From Epithemia pelagica (taxonomy: Eukaryota; Protista; Bacillariophyta): a stretch of DNA of 64,000 nucleotides. Below are positions 1-11,744 of the stretch, piece after piece. Position 1 is the first letter of the stretch, and every line of letters begins with the position of its first letter. The notes under the pieces were generated by a model. That model was not told where the DNA came from and made no database searches. It was given only the letters and a program-made list of their open reading frames with translations. Where the stretch lies: contig OX337229.1 of assembly GCA_946965045.2 (NCBI GenBank), forward strand, positions 1,674,001 to 1,738,000, in the 5' to 3' direction. Both the position numbers and the translations under genes were made by a program.

Positions 1-1350
1 TTGCGAAATGGTGGAAAGCTTCATCGATGCCAAGAAGGCCTCGTACGATACTGGCGTTGCATTCGTATCCATGCACTCTTGTACGATCATGGTATGCATA
101 TCCGGAAGCAATGTTGTCCTCAGGTACATTAGAGCAGACTCTGTTGTAAGAGTGCTCAGGTTTTCCTTTGCCCAGCATTCAAACTTTACCTTTGCTTCAG
201 GTATGTGAACGAATAAGACGGGCGATGGCTCTTTCCCAATATGAACGTGGTAGTTGGGATGAGGGAAACTGTCGTTTTCCCGAAAGTACCTGTGAAAACG
301 AGCAATGGTCTTGGGATGTTTTTTTACTTTTTCACCATAAATCTGTTCCATTTTGCTTATGGCTTCGCTTATGCAGTTCAGCCATGTACGACCGTGTGGC
401 ATATCAAGCAACGCTATCTTATAAGAAAGTTGTAAATACGTTGCCTTGAGCAGTACCCTCTGTTGCTGTTCCTGGTTGGGGGGGAAGATGTCTCCCTTGT
501 TAACCACATTCGGAAGTGCCTCCACGTTGGAAATGGCCCTTTCAAGGGTTTCTATCCATCGCTCAAGATTTCGTTTTGACGATCCTGGAGAATCGCATTT
601 GCCGGCAAAGAGCCTACGGTTCCTTGGCTCATCAAAACAGGCGCTTTCCATTTGTTGCGATAGACCTTGGATCATCTCACTCTCGAAAACTGAAAAACCA
701 ATCGGCAAACTCTGTGGATGGTCATGGCCGATTTCGTCTGTGGCCAATTCAGGATGTTGGATTGCTCCAACAAGCACCTGATTTGTGTTGTCGTGAGGTG
801 GTGACGTTTGCATTTCGGTAGGGCTGTCTCCAATTTGTGGCGGTTGACCATGTTGCTGCGTTGCAGTGCTCTTCATTGCTGGTGGTGTTGTAGTGTTTCT
901 TGCTTGCTTGGATACAGTTGCCGTGCCTTCATGTACCCCTGGTGAGTCTTCGTTCCTTCGCTTCGTTGGCTTCTCTCGTCCCGACCGCCGAATCACATTC
1001 TCGGCTGCAGCCTCCAGCCATTCTTGGTGATCGTTCAACATCACTGGCAGTTTTGTTGTGTCGGAGCTTATATACAAGAATGTGTATCTTTGTTTATTGA
1101 TTGTGATTTTGTGGCGGTACCAGCCAAACTTGTTTGGTTCCGACACCTCATTTTCGAAAATGGGTTTAAGGACAATGTCTCTAGAGAAAAGAGAATTCAA
1201 TCTGATTGTCGACAGTCCTGGCAACCAAGTTCTCAGGTATCCTACAATCTCGGTGTCTTGGATCCACTTGTTGCAGAATCCGAACGAGGATCGGGTGCAT
1301 CGCGTCTTAAAGACGTCAAGAATATCTTTCCCAGAAAAATTTCGTTCCAT
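1..1350 (-). CDS. Partial ORF (about 450 aa) running off the left edge; possibly a DNA-transposase-like protein
   Basis: My manual translation of the minus strand is stop-free from about 1440 to position 1 (MERNFSGKD...KTIARFHRYFRENDSFPHPN...FLASMKLSTISQ). It is absent from the ORF track because it has no stop in the window. The transposase resemblance is an impression only. Confidence 0.45.
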   Translation of the reverse strand, partial: MERNFSGKDILDVFKTRCTRSSFGFCNKWIQDTEIVGYLRTWLPGLSTIRLNSLFSRDIVLKPIFENEVSEPNKFGWYRHKITINKQRYTFLYISSDTTKLPVMLNDHQEWLEAAAENVIRRSGREKPTKRRNEDSPGVHEGTATVSKQARNTTTPPAMKSTATQQHGQPPQIGDSPTEMQTSPPHDNTNQVLVGAIQHPELATDEIGHDHPQSLPIGFSVFESEMIQGLSQQMESACFDEPRNRRLFAGKCDSPGSSKRNLERWIETLERAISNVEALPNVVNKGDIFPPNQEQQQRVLLKATYLQLSYKIALLDMPHGRTWLNCISEAISKMEQIYGEKVKKHPKTIARFHRYFRENDSFPHPNYHVHIGKEPSPVLFVHIPEAKVKFECWAKENLSTLTTESALMYLRTTLLPDMHTMIVQECMDTNATPVSYEAFLASMKLSTISQ

Positions 1351-2196
1351 CCTGTTGTAGACCGTGTTGCGTGGGATGAGTTGGATGATCGAATTATTGA
1401 GGATGATGCCAACCGTTTGAGATGTTGCCCCATTTGGGGTGGTTCAAGTAAACCCTAAAGCATCCGGATGCAGCTCGGCAACATCTCGAACGGTTGGGAT
1501 GGCCCTCCACCATGGTCGTTAGACAACAACCGTTTTTTCATCATTTTCGACGGAATTCTAGCGTTCGGAAGCTGTCACACATCACGGTACGAAACAAAAA
1601 ATTTATTATTCAGACACTGGGTTGTCACGAGTCGGACACTTTCATTCACTAGTCAGGCCAAACGCTATTGAGGATTATATTTTATGGTACTAAATCTACG
1701 AGGGGTCTACGTCAGGAACATACTCCCTGAACTCAGCTTGTACTCCCTATCAAGCTGTGTAGGTAGTGAGAAATTCCTGGAAGCCATGTCACAAAGTGTC
1801 ACACAAGTGTCACACACGAGAGGGAAACCGCGCGACTCTCACGAAACTACTTCCCGGTCGTACAAAAAATTCCTACTGTAGTATAAAAATGTGAGACGAA
1901 CTACCTACACAGTCTGGTATGGAGTTAGTAGAAAGCTATGAGTAGTAGAGGAGTAGAGGAGTTCTACGTTCTCTACTGCTCCGTTTTGTGGAAAGAGCTG
2001 AGCTTGGGAATGGGGAGAGTGCTAATTGCTACAATAGGAGTAATAAAGAGGAAAGCTGCCGTTGGGAGGAATAAAAACGGGATTGGAGCGTGAATCGTGA
2101 ATCCACTACGCAGGCCGAGACTGGGGCTAATGCTGGAGCCACAAGCCCACGCACTTTTTCCCCTCCCTGTTCCTGTGGTGCTGAGATTATTACTTA

Positions 2197-2809
2197 AGGG
2201 CTGGGTAAGCCGATCCATGTTCGGCTAAGTAGGCTCAGTACAAAAGCTACGTAGTACTATTTTCGTCTGTGTACGAAGTGGGGCGGATGGTCACATCGAG
2301 TCGCAAATTAAAACGTGCTGCCACGAGAAACAATGCAAATTGGAAGCCATCGCTCGACAATGATGGAAGTCATCACCCCCATGGCAATAACTTCCTGAAC
2401 AATTGAGCCTGCCTGAATCACTTTTACAATAAGAATCTTTACTACTAGAGCAACTTCGCTTTCACTTTGATTCAGGCACCCTTGAAAAATGAATGAGTTA
2501 GGGCGGTCGTTCGATTTCATCGCAGCAGAAAAATGAGCGTACCTTTTCAGCCAACTTGGCAAATCTTCTGTTATTTCAGACAACAATTTAAAAGGTAAAG
2601 GCAAAGGACTTACGGTGGTTGGATGTTTATGCGATGCATGGGTGAATGCATACGGCGTCACCGGATCTCGCCATCATTGTCGAGCGTTTTTGCATTTTTT
2701 TGAAATTCCGACCATTTCCGGCGTGACGTGTACTATCTGATTTTATGTACTCTACGTAGCTTTTGTACTGAGCCTACTTAGCCGAACATGGATCGGCTTA
2801 CCCAGCCCT
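2197..2809. mobile_element. MITE, 613 bp, with perfect 58-bp TIRs and TA flanks
   Basis: 2197-2254 (AGGGCTGGGTAAGCCGATCC...CTACGTAG) is the exact reverse complement of 2752-2809. TA is present at 2195-2196 and 2810-2811. Confidence 0.88.
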
Positions 2810-3297
2810 TACTACTCCTAGTTACTATGGAAGACAATAAGAAATGGGATCAATGATGTATTGGGCAGCCGCAATTCTGTCAGTCAGATGCCACGAGTAC
2901 GAGGGCTGTATCCAGTTTCCCAGCAATACCCCAGAGGATTGACAATCAAAAATGGTGGAGGAGGAAAGGAGAAAGAGAACAGTATGCAGAGTACAGTTAG
3001 AAGCAATAGCTTTTTCACATTGATAGTCATCGGTTACTTGAGATTAGTCGGTGTAGCCCGAGAAGACTACCTAGAGAGATGGAAGAGACCCTCAAACCAT
3101 GAAATGGCTCCATTACAAGTGCTCTTGACTCCAATCAAACAGAACATGTTTGCTTTGGCAACGGACGGTATCTCGCCACTCGATGTTCATTACAAGATTT
3201 TGGAAGACAACGTAGATATATCCAGCTGATGCGCTTTGTTCTCATCCAAGCTGAAGTGCCGTGTAGTAACTGCATTAGTTTTTGCATGTGTTGTCAG

Positions 3298-4008
3298 CTA
3301 GAAATCCATGAGTTGAGCTTGAGCAATATACTGGGCAAAGAGACAGAACGCCTGAGAGAATGCATAGCAAGACTCCTTTAGCTCTTCTTCTGAAGCGTCA
3401 AATGTTTTCCATAGGCCATTTCGACATTGTTTCTGTATATCACATACAGCTTCTTGAATGCCGGCACGCCGTCGTCTGGATTCGCGCGCAGCATAATGGG
3501 ATAAGTAGAACTCTAAACCAATCCAATCCATGCGCTCGTCCTCTTCCTCTTCTTCATAGCCCTTCTTGTAGAGCATCGTTAATTGTTGCTTCCCATAAGA
3601 CGAAAGGAGGGTAGACGCTTCGTCAACAGAGTAATCAATACCAGCTGAGAACTGGACCAGGGAATCGAGAAGCTCGGAAAAGGAATAGTCCGGGGTTACG
3701 CTGGCTTGATGCTGTTGAATAATTTTTTGCGCTTTGAGAATGATAGCCCTGTGATTTGCAAGAAATCGGTCGTAATCTTCATCGTTGTACCAGGTTTGGT
3801 GACAGTCTTCCGCATATTTGACCTTATCGTCGTGGTAACTGTTCTGGGTTTCATCTACTCGTATACACTTCTTGGAGTGTATGAGGCGAGGTCGCTTTAA
3901 TTCATTCTGAGAGATTTCAATTTCTTTCTGCATCGTTGGTGAAGAGGAGTCTGCGACCCCGGTCGGGCTTCCGTAAGTGTTACCGTAAAAGAGGCTTTGA
4001 AAAATCAT
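3298..4008 (-). CDS. Hypothetical protein (diatom-type family with a 'WYNDEDY' motif)
   Basis: Long ORF with ATG at 4008; motifs TWYNDEDYDRF and IGLE resemble common diatom orphan proteins. Confidence 0.6.
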   Translation of the reverse strand: MIFQSLFYGNTYGSPTGVADSSSPTMQKEIEISQNELKRPRLIHSKKCIRVDETQNSYHDDKVKYAEDCHQTWYNDEDYDRFLANHRAIILKAQKIIQQHQASVTPDYSFSELLDSLVQFSAGIDYSVDEASTLLSSYGKQQLTMLYKKGYEEEEEDERMDWIGLEFYLSHYAARESRRRRAGIQEAVCDIQKQCRNGLWKTFDASEEELKESCYAFSQAFCLFAQYIAQAQLMDF

Positions 4009-5939
4009 GGTAAACGAAGTTGTTGCGCAAGTGTAAGATGAAAGGATGGGGAATGGACTTTCGGATTGGCAAAGCCGTGAAGGTAAAAGAAATGTGCAGA
4101 GCAATCCATGCTGATATCCTTCCCAAGGAGGGTGCCCATTCTCGGTTGGTTCGGGATGGTTACGGATGGATGCATCGGGAGAACGCGCCTTTGCGGTCCG
4201 AATTTTTCTTCTACTGATTGATTATGTCCGAACCTCATTCCTGTGATTCAAAAATGCATGGAGCACCACGGAGCTGTCCAATGAAGGGGTTTTGAACTTG
4301 AATACCCGCTTGGACGGAGTACCTCCATTCTCCATTGCGTGTTCTTCTTTCAGCAGGAGGTGTTTGTGGTTTTCGGTGGAAGCTGTGGTCGCCGCTGAGG
4401 AGTGAGGATTTGCGGTCTGACAAAAAACCTGAGCGTTTTGTTTCGTAAAATGAATGAACCATGGTAATGACACAGCAAGAAAAAGAACGTCTTCTGAATG
4501 AACGACGGCCAATAAACATTGTGTGATAAAGGGGAGGATGAACGTCGCTCTACCTGGAGAACGACAAAAAACAGATAATTGATAGAAGGAGGATAAAAAC
4601 GGGAAGTAGAAAGTGCGTTCTCCCTTAGTAATCAAACTACACTGCATCGGTAATAAATCGTGGTTGCGGTATTGTCTTGACATGAGGCGACGGAGAAAGC
4701 ATCGTTGAGGGGGAAGCTAGGAGTGAATGCGAGAACACCAGACAAACCAGTAAGTCTGGCACGAAAATGGGAATCGTTGTGGTCCAAGCCATGAAAAAAT
4801 GCCCTTCTAAGATTCGGCTGGGCTTCTCCACGTTGTTGCTTGCAATAGAATCTCTGTATTTCATGATGTGAGCGACCCACAACTCAGAGAGCTTCTCATG
4901 TCTCCAGCCCGATATCACATGTCAAGTCCACATGTATCACTTATAGGAGGCTACCCCTGTTTGTTTAACCTTTTCAACAATTGAAACAAACGAGGGAACA
5001 AGAAAAGGGATTTAGTATAGAATATCAAACAAACAAACATGATGTGATCACTCGCGAAAAGAAAGCTCTCTTTGAACGGAAAGAACTCTGCCGATAAAAG
5101 TGATAGATTTAATGTTGCAAAACCATTTTGTGCACCTGCGACATGGAAATAGAAAATGCAGCCTTTCGGCCGTCGACACAGGCTGGGATGCAGGTATGCG
5201 AAACAGACCACATCAAGGTCATCACTTCATCTTTTCATGAAAGACTCCAGGAACAGTTCTCGTACCATGACTGATGTGATTGATATCACGAGGGTTTTGC
5301 CACATCAACCTGGAAACACAAAAAAATTCAAGTGAAATCCAGAACAAGGTCAGATTGTTGCTACCTTGTCAAGCGATTCGCTACGAAACCAAACGAAACG
5401 CCTAATTGAGGTGACATTCTTGTTGGCATGCTCGTATCTGATGATTGAAGCGGGAGAAGGGGCGTGAAAACCACACCGACAGAGAATGGCTGTAGAAAGC
5501 CATGGGTCGCAAAATCGTAGCACAAAGGCAATCCATGCCGAGAGGATACAAACAGAACAGCGAAGCCAGACGCCCTACCTGAAACCTGGAAACAGAATCG
5601 TATGTTAGACAACGCGTTGAAATGAAAACAACTTGATGATAAACAAGGTTCTCGTCCCTCGGCATCTCTCGATTTCGCATGTCGATAGAAAGGAACGTGA
5701 CCCATGAAAGGATTCACTCCTAGGGAAGAACAACATGCACAACACATCTGCGTTAATTCCTCGACTCGGTTGCACTCACTTATATTGTATTCTGCCTGTG
5801 AGAGCGGTTCGAGCAACCCCTCCTCATGTCAATGATTTCTAAAACATAATCATGAAGCCAAAAATCGGAGTCTGTGGATCCATCGTCAAAGATCTAAATC
5901 TTCGACAGATCACAGATCGCTTGGTGGTTGTGTGTTGTG

Positions 5940-6678
5940 TACCCCCCAGCGGGGGTGTTTTTGAGGGAGTAATTTCGTTGAAACACCCCCTTCTCTGTTC
6001 GCTGGATCTTGACGGTAGGCATATCTCATTTCCTCCACCACGATAACAACACGACAATCAAACTTTGTTGTTGCTGGTGACCTCCAATGGCCACCCCATC
6101 ATGATCTGACCATCATGTGCTTCATCTGGGTACCATGGCAGTTGTGAGGGACACAGTGGATTCGGGCCACTCTAGGAAATGACCAATACAGTGACGCGTA
6201 ATACAGGAACAATAGGAGACCATGATGGCATGAAAATACATGAGAGTTGATGTTTTGCTATCAATGCAGCGCGTAACTACTACTGTTATGTGTATTGTAG
6301 ATCAATAGGTGTTCAAACAATGCAAGATAAGAGCCATATTGTCCCTTTGAGTTGCTTCGTTCGAAATTGTGAGACGTCGCGTCCGTGCCTGTGCCACGAG
6401 GCATGGCGCCTATGAGTCTGATGCATAACAGCCTTAACCTTTAAACTTTGGTGATGCAGATGCATTCTACACTATTGGTTTGAGGTCTATGACTGGGAAG
6501 ACAGGTTTCAAGAGTCCAAATAGGTGCACAACAACCTGTGCAACACCATGGCCCGTGTTGTTATCGTGGTGGAGGAAATGAGATATGCCTACCGTCAAGA
6601 AATAGGTTATTATTTGCTCTTAGGGAAGGGGGTGGCTACACGAAATTACACCCTCAAAGCTACCCCCGCTGGGGGGTA
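5940..6678. mobile_element. Non-autonomous MULE-like element, copy A (739 bp)
   Basis: Ends are TACCCCCCAGC...GCTGGGGGGTA with long imperfect TIRs (about 115 bp, including a perfect inner block of about 45 bp). The 10-bp TSD GTGTGTTGTG is at 5930-5939 and 6679-6688. Confidence 0.85.
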
Positions 6679-6703
6679 GTGTGTTGTGGGGTCTCCTACT
6701 CCC

Positions 6704-7455
6704 CACCCCCTAGCGGGGGTGTTTTTGAGGTTGTAATTTCGTTGAAACACCCCCGTCTCTCTGGTAGAAAAATAACCTGTTTCTAGTCGGCAGGCATGTC
6801 TCATTCCATCCATCGCGATAACAGCACGGACCTCGGTGTTGCACCTGTTGTTGTGCACCTATTTTGACACTTGGTACCTGTCGGGCGAGTCATAGGCCTC
6901 TAACCAATAGCGTAGGCTACATCTGCATGGCCAAAATATGAAGGTTGAGTCTATTGTGGAGCTGGTTCACAGGCACCATGCCTCGTGGCACGGTCATACG
7001 GAAGCAACGCCTCACCATTTCGAACGAAGCATCTCAAGGGATGTATGGCTCCTATCATTCATTGTTTCGACACCTAATGGTACACAATATACATAACAGT
7101 AGTAACGGAGTGTATCGACAGCAGGACCTCTTTTCCCATGTGTTTTTGGGGCCATCATGGTCTCGTGTCGTGCCATAATTCTGGGCCACTATTTTCATCC
7201 TTGCCTAGAGTGACCCTCATGCACTGTGCCGCTCACAATGCACTACCATGGTACTAATATGAATCACACGATGGTCGGATCATGATGGGGTGATCATAGG
7301 AGGTCACCAGCAACAACAAAGTTTGATTGTCGTGTTGTTATCGTGGTTGTGAAAATGAGATATGCCTACCGACTACTTGTAGGTAGACCGGACACCAGAG
7401 AGATGGGGGTGGCTACACGAAATTAAACCCTCTTAGCCACCCCCGCTAGGGGGTG
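6704..7455. mobile_element. Non-autonomous MULE-like element, copy B (752 bp), same family as A
   Basis: Ends are CACCCCCTAGC...GCTAGGGGGTG. The 10-bp TSD is TCCTACTCCC / TCCCACTCCC (9/10 match) at 6694-6703 and 7456-7465. The interior is homologous to A on the opposite strand. Confidence 0.85.
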
Positions 7456-7646
7456 TCCCACTCCCACTCCCACTCCCACACCGACATATGTCGTCCGCCA
7501 TCACGCCAGTCAAGCAATGGACCAGCGCGATCGACGAGCACAGACCGACGCGCGCTCTCCTCCATCACTTTTTCATCTCGAATCTCGGATCTTTCTCGTA
7601 GACTACTTCGCATTTCGGATCGTCTCGACAGCCATGGAATAAAAGG

Positions 7647-10600
7647 ATGAAAAGAGCTCAAGCTCTGGTTTTGCTTGTTGCAGTGCTGGAAGCATTAACC
7701 GCTTTATCAGTTGAAGAGGAAGAATACAAAACATATCCCAAAGATCCGACTTTCACGGCCTCGCCGGGTGACACTCTATTGGATGTCGTGGATCACTTGG
7801 ACGAGAACAGAAGAAAGCACAATCCGGTAGACCATGACACGCCTTTTTCGTCTCAGACCACGCGTCTTTCACCTATACAAAGAATATGGGAGGCTGTTGT
7901 TCAAAAGATAAGTGCTTCGTGGAAACGGTTAAAACAGCAGCCACACGAAGGATTTGAGCCTTCGCCCCAGCTTCCGTCACCCTTTGGGTCCATGGAGAGT
8001 ACGGGTGCAATTATCAAGGAATTGAACGAACAATATCACAGAGCAGTTGCACAAAAGCTTATCGGAAATTCGGAAGAAGCGGAGCCTTTACCTTGGATGG
8101 TATGTGCCGATTCTTCAATGATGGTCCATGATGGTGAGCCGTATATTGGCATGGTTTTTGATATCTTTCAGAACGATCAAGAGGATGGGAAAGAGCAAAT
8201 GAGCCATTCTCCACTTCACCATGACAAAGCAACCTGCAACAATATTGTGAGTCAAAATCAAAACTTTTTGACTCGATACGAGCTAATGGAGCCCCTTCAT
8301 CTCGAGCTTGGGTCTACGGTCAAACATGCCGTCGACTATCACTTCATTCCGGTTCTTGCCGACCAGGTGGAGCTTATGGAAGCATCCCATGATTATTCAC
8401 CAGTGGCAATCTCTCCAGAAGAGCAGGATGTTCATGGTAATGTAGAAGTGCTGGGAACTCGGCAACATGCACCACCTGCGCGGTTTGGCCATGATTGGTG
8501 GCAATGGTGGATCCCATGGTGGAGCTGGGATGGATCTCAAGACCATTTTTCAAACTACCGTATGAATAAGCACGCTTTCGCAGGAGGGTCGCATGGAGAA
8601 GGTCCGTTGTTGCATACGTTTCGGTTATTTTCAACCACTTGATCCTGACCATTAGACTTCCTTGTTTTCTTGCCTCCACCCGATCAATTTCGGCATTAAA
8701 GTCTGGCGAGGATGTCGAAGGTGTATGAAAAACAGCGATAGAGTGGGTGAAAATGAGAATTGCGATGATAAGACACCTTTGATCTTAAAGAGACTCAAGG
8801 TCGAGAATGGATACCGTGTGTTGGAAGCCGGGTTAAGAGAAATTTATTTTGGTCGATGGCTTTCAAGGCAAGTTCTAGACGTTGCCAAAATGTACACAGC
8901 GTATGTGGATCATTTTTATCGAGAGCAGAATGATTCCTTGGAACTATGGATTGTATTTGAACATGGTGGGTCCTCCCTTCGATCTTTTCTCTACACTGGA
9001 ACCCTGTACGGCGATTACGTGGTGTACCAGCATTCACTTCTTTGGATGCAGCTCCGCATGAGTGTCCCAAAGGAAAACCAAACAGGGTCTCTCTTCTCCC
9101 CCAGCGTCAGCTTTGTTCCAAACGATTCTTCGGTGAACAAGACTGCTGAAGGCTCTACGTCCACATCCGGTGGTGTGGGCAAGTCGATCATGCGAAGCAT
9201 TTTGAAACAAATCCTTCAGGCTGCTGCTTACCTTCACGCCCATGGAATTGTGCACAGAGATATTAAGCCAAGGTAAGTCGTACATGCGAATATCGAGCCT
9301 ACTGGCGGAAGTTGTCTCTGACAGGAGTGCTTACCTTTGCAACAACTTTAGCAATATCCTGTGCAAGACAAACATTGAGTGGGATGATGCGCAAGTTGTC
9401 ATCCCAGACCACCCTTTTGTAGATTGTGTACTTGGTGATTTCTCCAGTGCTTGGAACGGCTTTTCTCATGGAACCTTGTATACCGGTGGCCCTTCTCGAC
9501 TGGAACAAACCGATGAGTATGCTCCGCCGGAAGCTCTTCATGGCAGTCAGTACCGATCGCCGTGGCTCTTGGGTCCTGCATTCGACAGCTGGAGCATTGG
9601 AATTGTTGCGCTTGAGCTCCTTCTTGGAACACCAAACGTTTTTACTGTCGATCAGCGAACAAGAGCTGTGATTACCCATAAAATGCGAAAGCAGGGGGCT
9701 TCAAACCAAGGTGCGTTGCCTTTTTCGTCTTTTGTTGAAAATATTGTCTGCTTCGCTTACTTCTCCTGTTTTGCTGCGCAACAGAGATTGAGAAAGCGCT
9801 TTATCTGTAAGTTGCAGCAGCATGCAGACCAATGATCGCCAGCGATTTGTCTAACATTAATGGTTTGAATTGACAGAGCTGCGCTGTCCCAGTTTTGCAT
9901 TTACAATCAAAAGACAAGTGAATGGCCCCTCCGACAGGGTGACCCTCTCCACAAGTCCAACATGGTGAAACAAACTTGCACCATTGACGACTTTCAGCGA
10001 GCTCTACATGCACGAGATCCTCTCGGAATCGGCTTTGACAAATCTGCCGACAACCTACTGCACCTGATATGGCAGCTGTTGGCCTGGGTAAGTTGTTTCG
10101 GATCCTTTTCTCCATCGGAGCCATAGCAAAGAGAAGTATGTTCACATCGGACTTTCTATTGTTCCCACTCCCAGAACCCTAAGGATAGAATCACAGCCGC
10201 AGAGGCTCTGAGTCACCCATACTTTGAGCACATGGATGGAGCTGTAGCAGGTGAACACAATGCGCTTGAATCTCAAATGCTGGATCCCCAAATGGATATG
10301 AAGTTAGCCAATGAGGTGACTCAGTTCAAATGCCCTAAGTGTGGTAGGGTGTTTCAGGATTGGCATTCGTGCCGCCATCATGCACGAGGTCGAAAACACG
10401 CCAACTTTTGTATCTATGACAAGGAATCACTCCCAACTTGTTTGAATGCTCATTCGATGCTTCCAGCCCATTCGAATTCAGGACACTGCGATATCCGAGG
10501 AAGAAGACGTGTCATCGAAGATTTCCATACAATAGAGTTGTTACCGGATCAGCAGTTTTACGGTAAGTGTCTTGTAGAGGCTTTACTTTCTACTGCATAC

Positions 10601-11517
10601 GACGACACTTTTAGATCACTCACCTCATGGCGTTCGCGAATTAGGTATCTTCGATGGACACAGCGGAAACCTTGCTTCCAAATATGCCACATCTTTCCTT
10701 TTCCGTGCAATGGTTTCAAGACTTAATTCTTTGGAATCTATCGATGACAAAAACCTCTGGGCAAATTCTGTTGTTAATCAGACAGTGGAAGCTTTCCACG
10801 ACATCCACAAAGGTTTTCTGAGTGCATTGTCGAAAAAGTTTGGCGGGGCGATGATGGATCAAAGCGGCACCACAGCGACAGTGATGCTTGTTAACTCCCG
10901 AGGCGTTGAAGAGTCGGTTATTTTTGCAAACCTTGGAGATTCTCGAGCAGTTCTTTCCACGCAGGCAAACGGGACTTTAAACGCAGTCCAACTAACGAAA
11001 GACCACACCGCTTCCGACTTGAGGGAAAGGAACTTTGTTGTAGAACGGGGTGGCTTTGTAAAGGTTCACAATGGTGTTGCACGAGTGAATGGCACTCTCG
11101 TAGTAACAAGATCAATAGGAGATGCTGCCCTTGCCGGATACCTATCACAAACGCCAGATGTATTCGTCTTCAGCAAACATGAGCTTTTGGACCGCTGTGG
11201 TGACTTAAAGGGTGACACCGTCATCCCGTGTTTCGTGATTCTGGCCTCGGATGGACTCTGGGATACGGTTGACAATCAAGAAGCGGTACGTTCGTAAAAG
11301 CATGACGAAGAAACGTGGAAAATGAGACTCCTGAAATACTTGATTCCTTTTGTTACAGGTTTGGATGGTAGCTGAAACCGTGATGTCATCGTCTACAAAG
11401 TCGTCTTGGCGCGACAACACCAGTCTTCAACAAGCGGCCGAATCGCTGGTTCACGAAGCTTACGTCCGAGGATCATCGGATAACATTGGCGTTTGCGTTG
11501 TCGCTCTTGAAGAATGA
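7647..11517 (+). CDS. Multi-exon Ser/Thr kinase - C2H2 zinc finger - PP2C phosphatase fusion with an N-terminal hydrophobic leader
   Basis: Kinase motifs: GGSHGE/VW, HRDIKP, GDFSSA, YAPPE, DSWSIG, DRITAAEALSHPYF. Zinc finger: CPKC...HARGRKH. PP2C motifs: RGRR..IED, FDGH, SGTTA, NLGDSRA, RSIGD, ASDGLWD, GSSDNI. GT-AG introns join the ORF pieces; stop at 11515-11517. Confidence 0.85.
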
Positions 11518-11744
11518 GAGTTACGTTTCATTTGGTCACGATGGGAAATAAGTTACTGGCCTGATCATCATGGAAAGGAAACCACTCCACAAAGGAAATC
11601 GGCACACAAAAGTGAATCACCAGAGATACAAATACAGAAGTTAAAGATTGTATTTTGTATGCATAACAAAACGTATTTCCTAATCCAATACTTTCATAGA
11701 ATGAAAAAAGTCTTTTTCTACTGTGTGTTGAGAGACACTGATTC

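Noticed and set aside
4222-5816. Possible multi-exon gene on the minus strand
   Set aside because: Several short ORFs are present, but I found no recognisable domain or consistent splice model.
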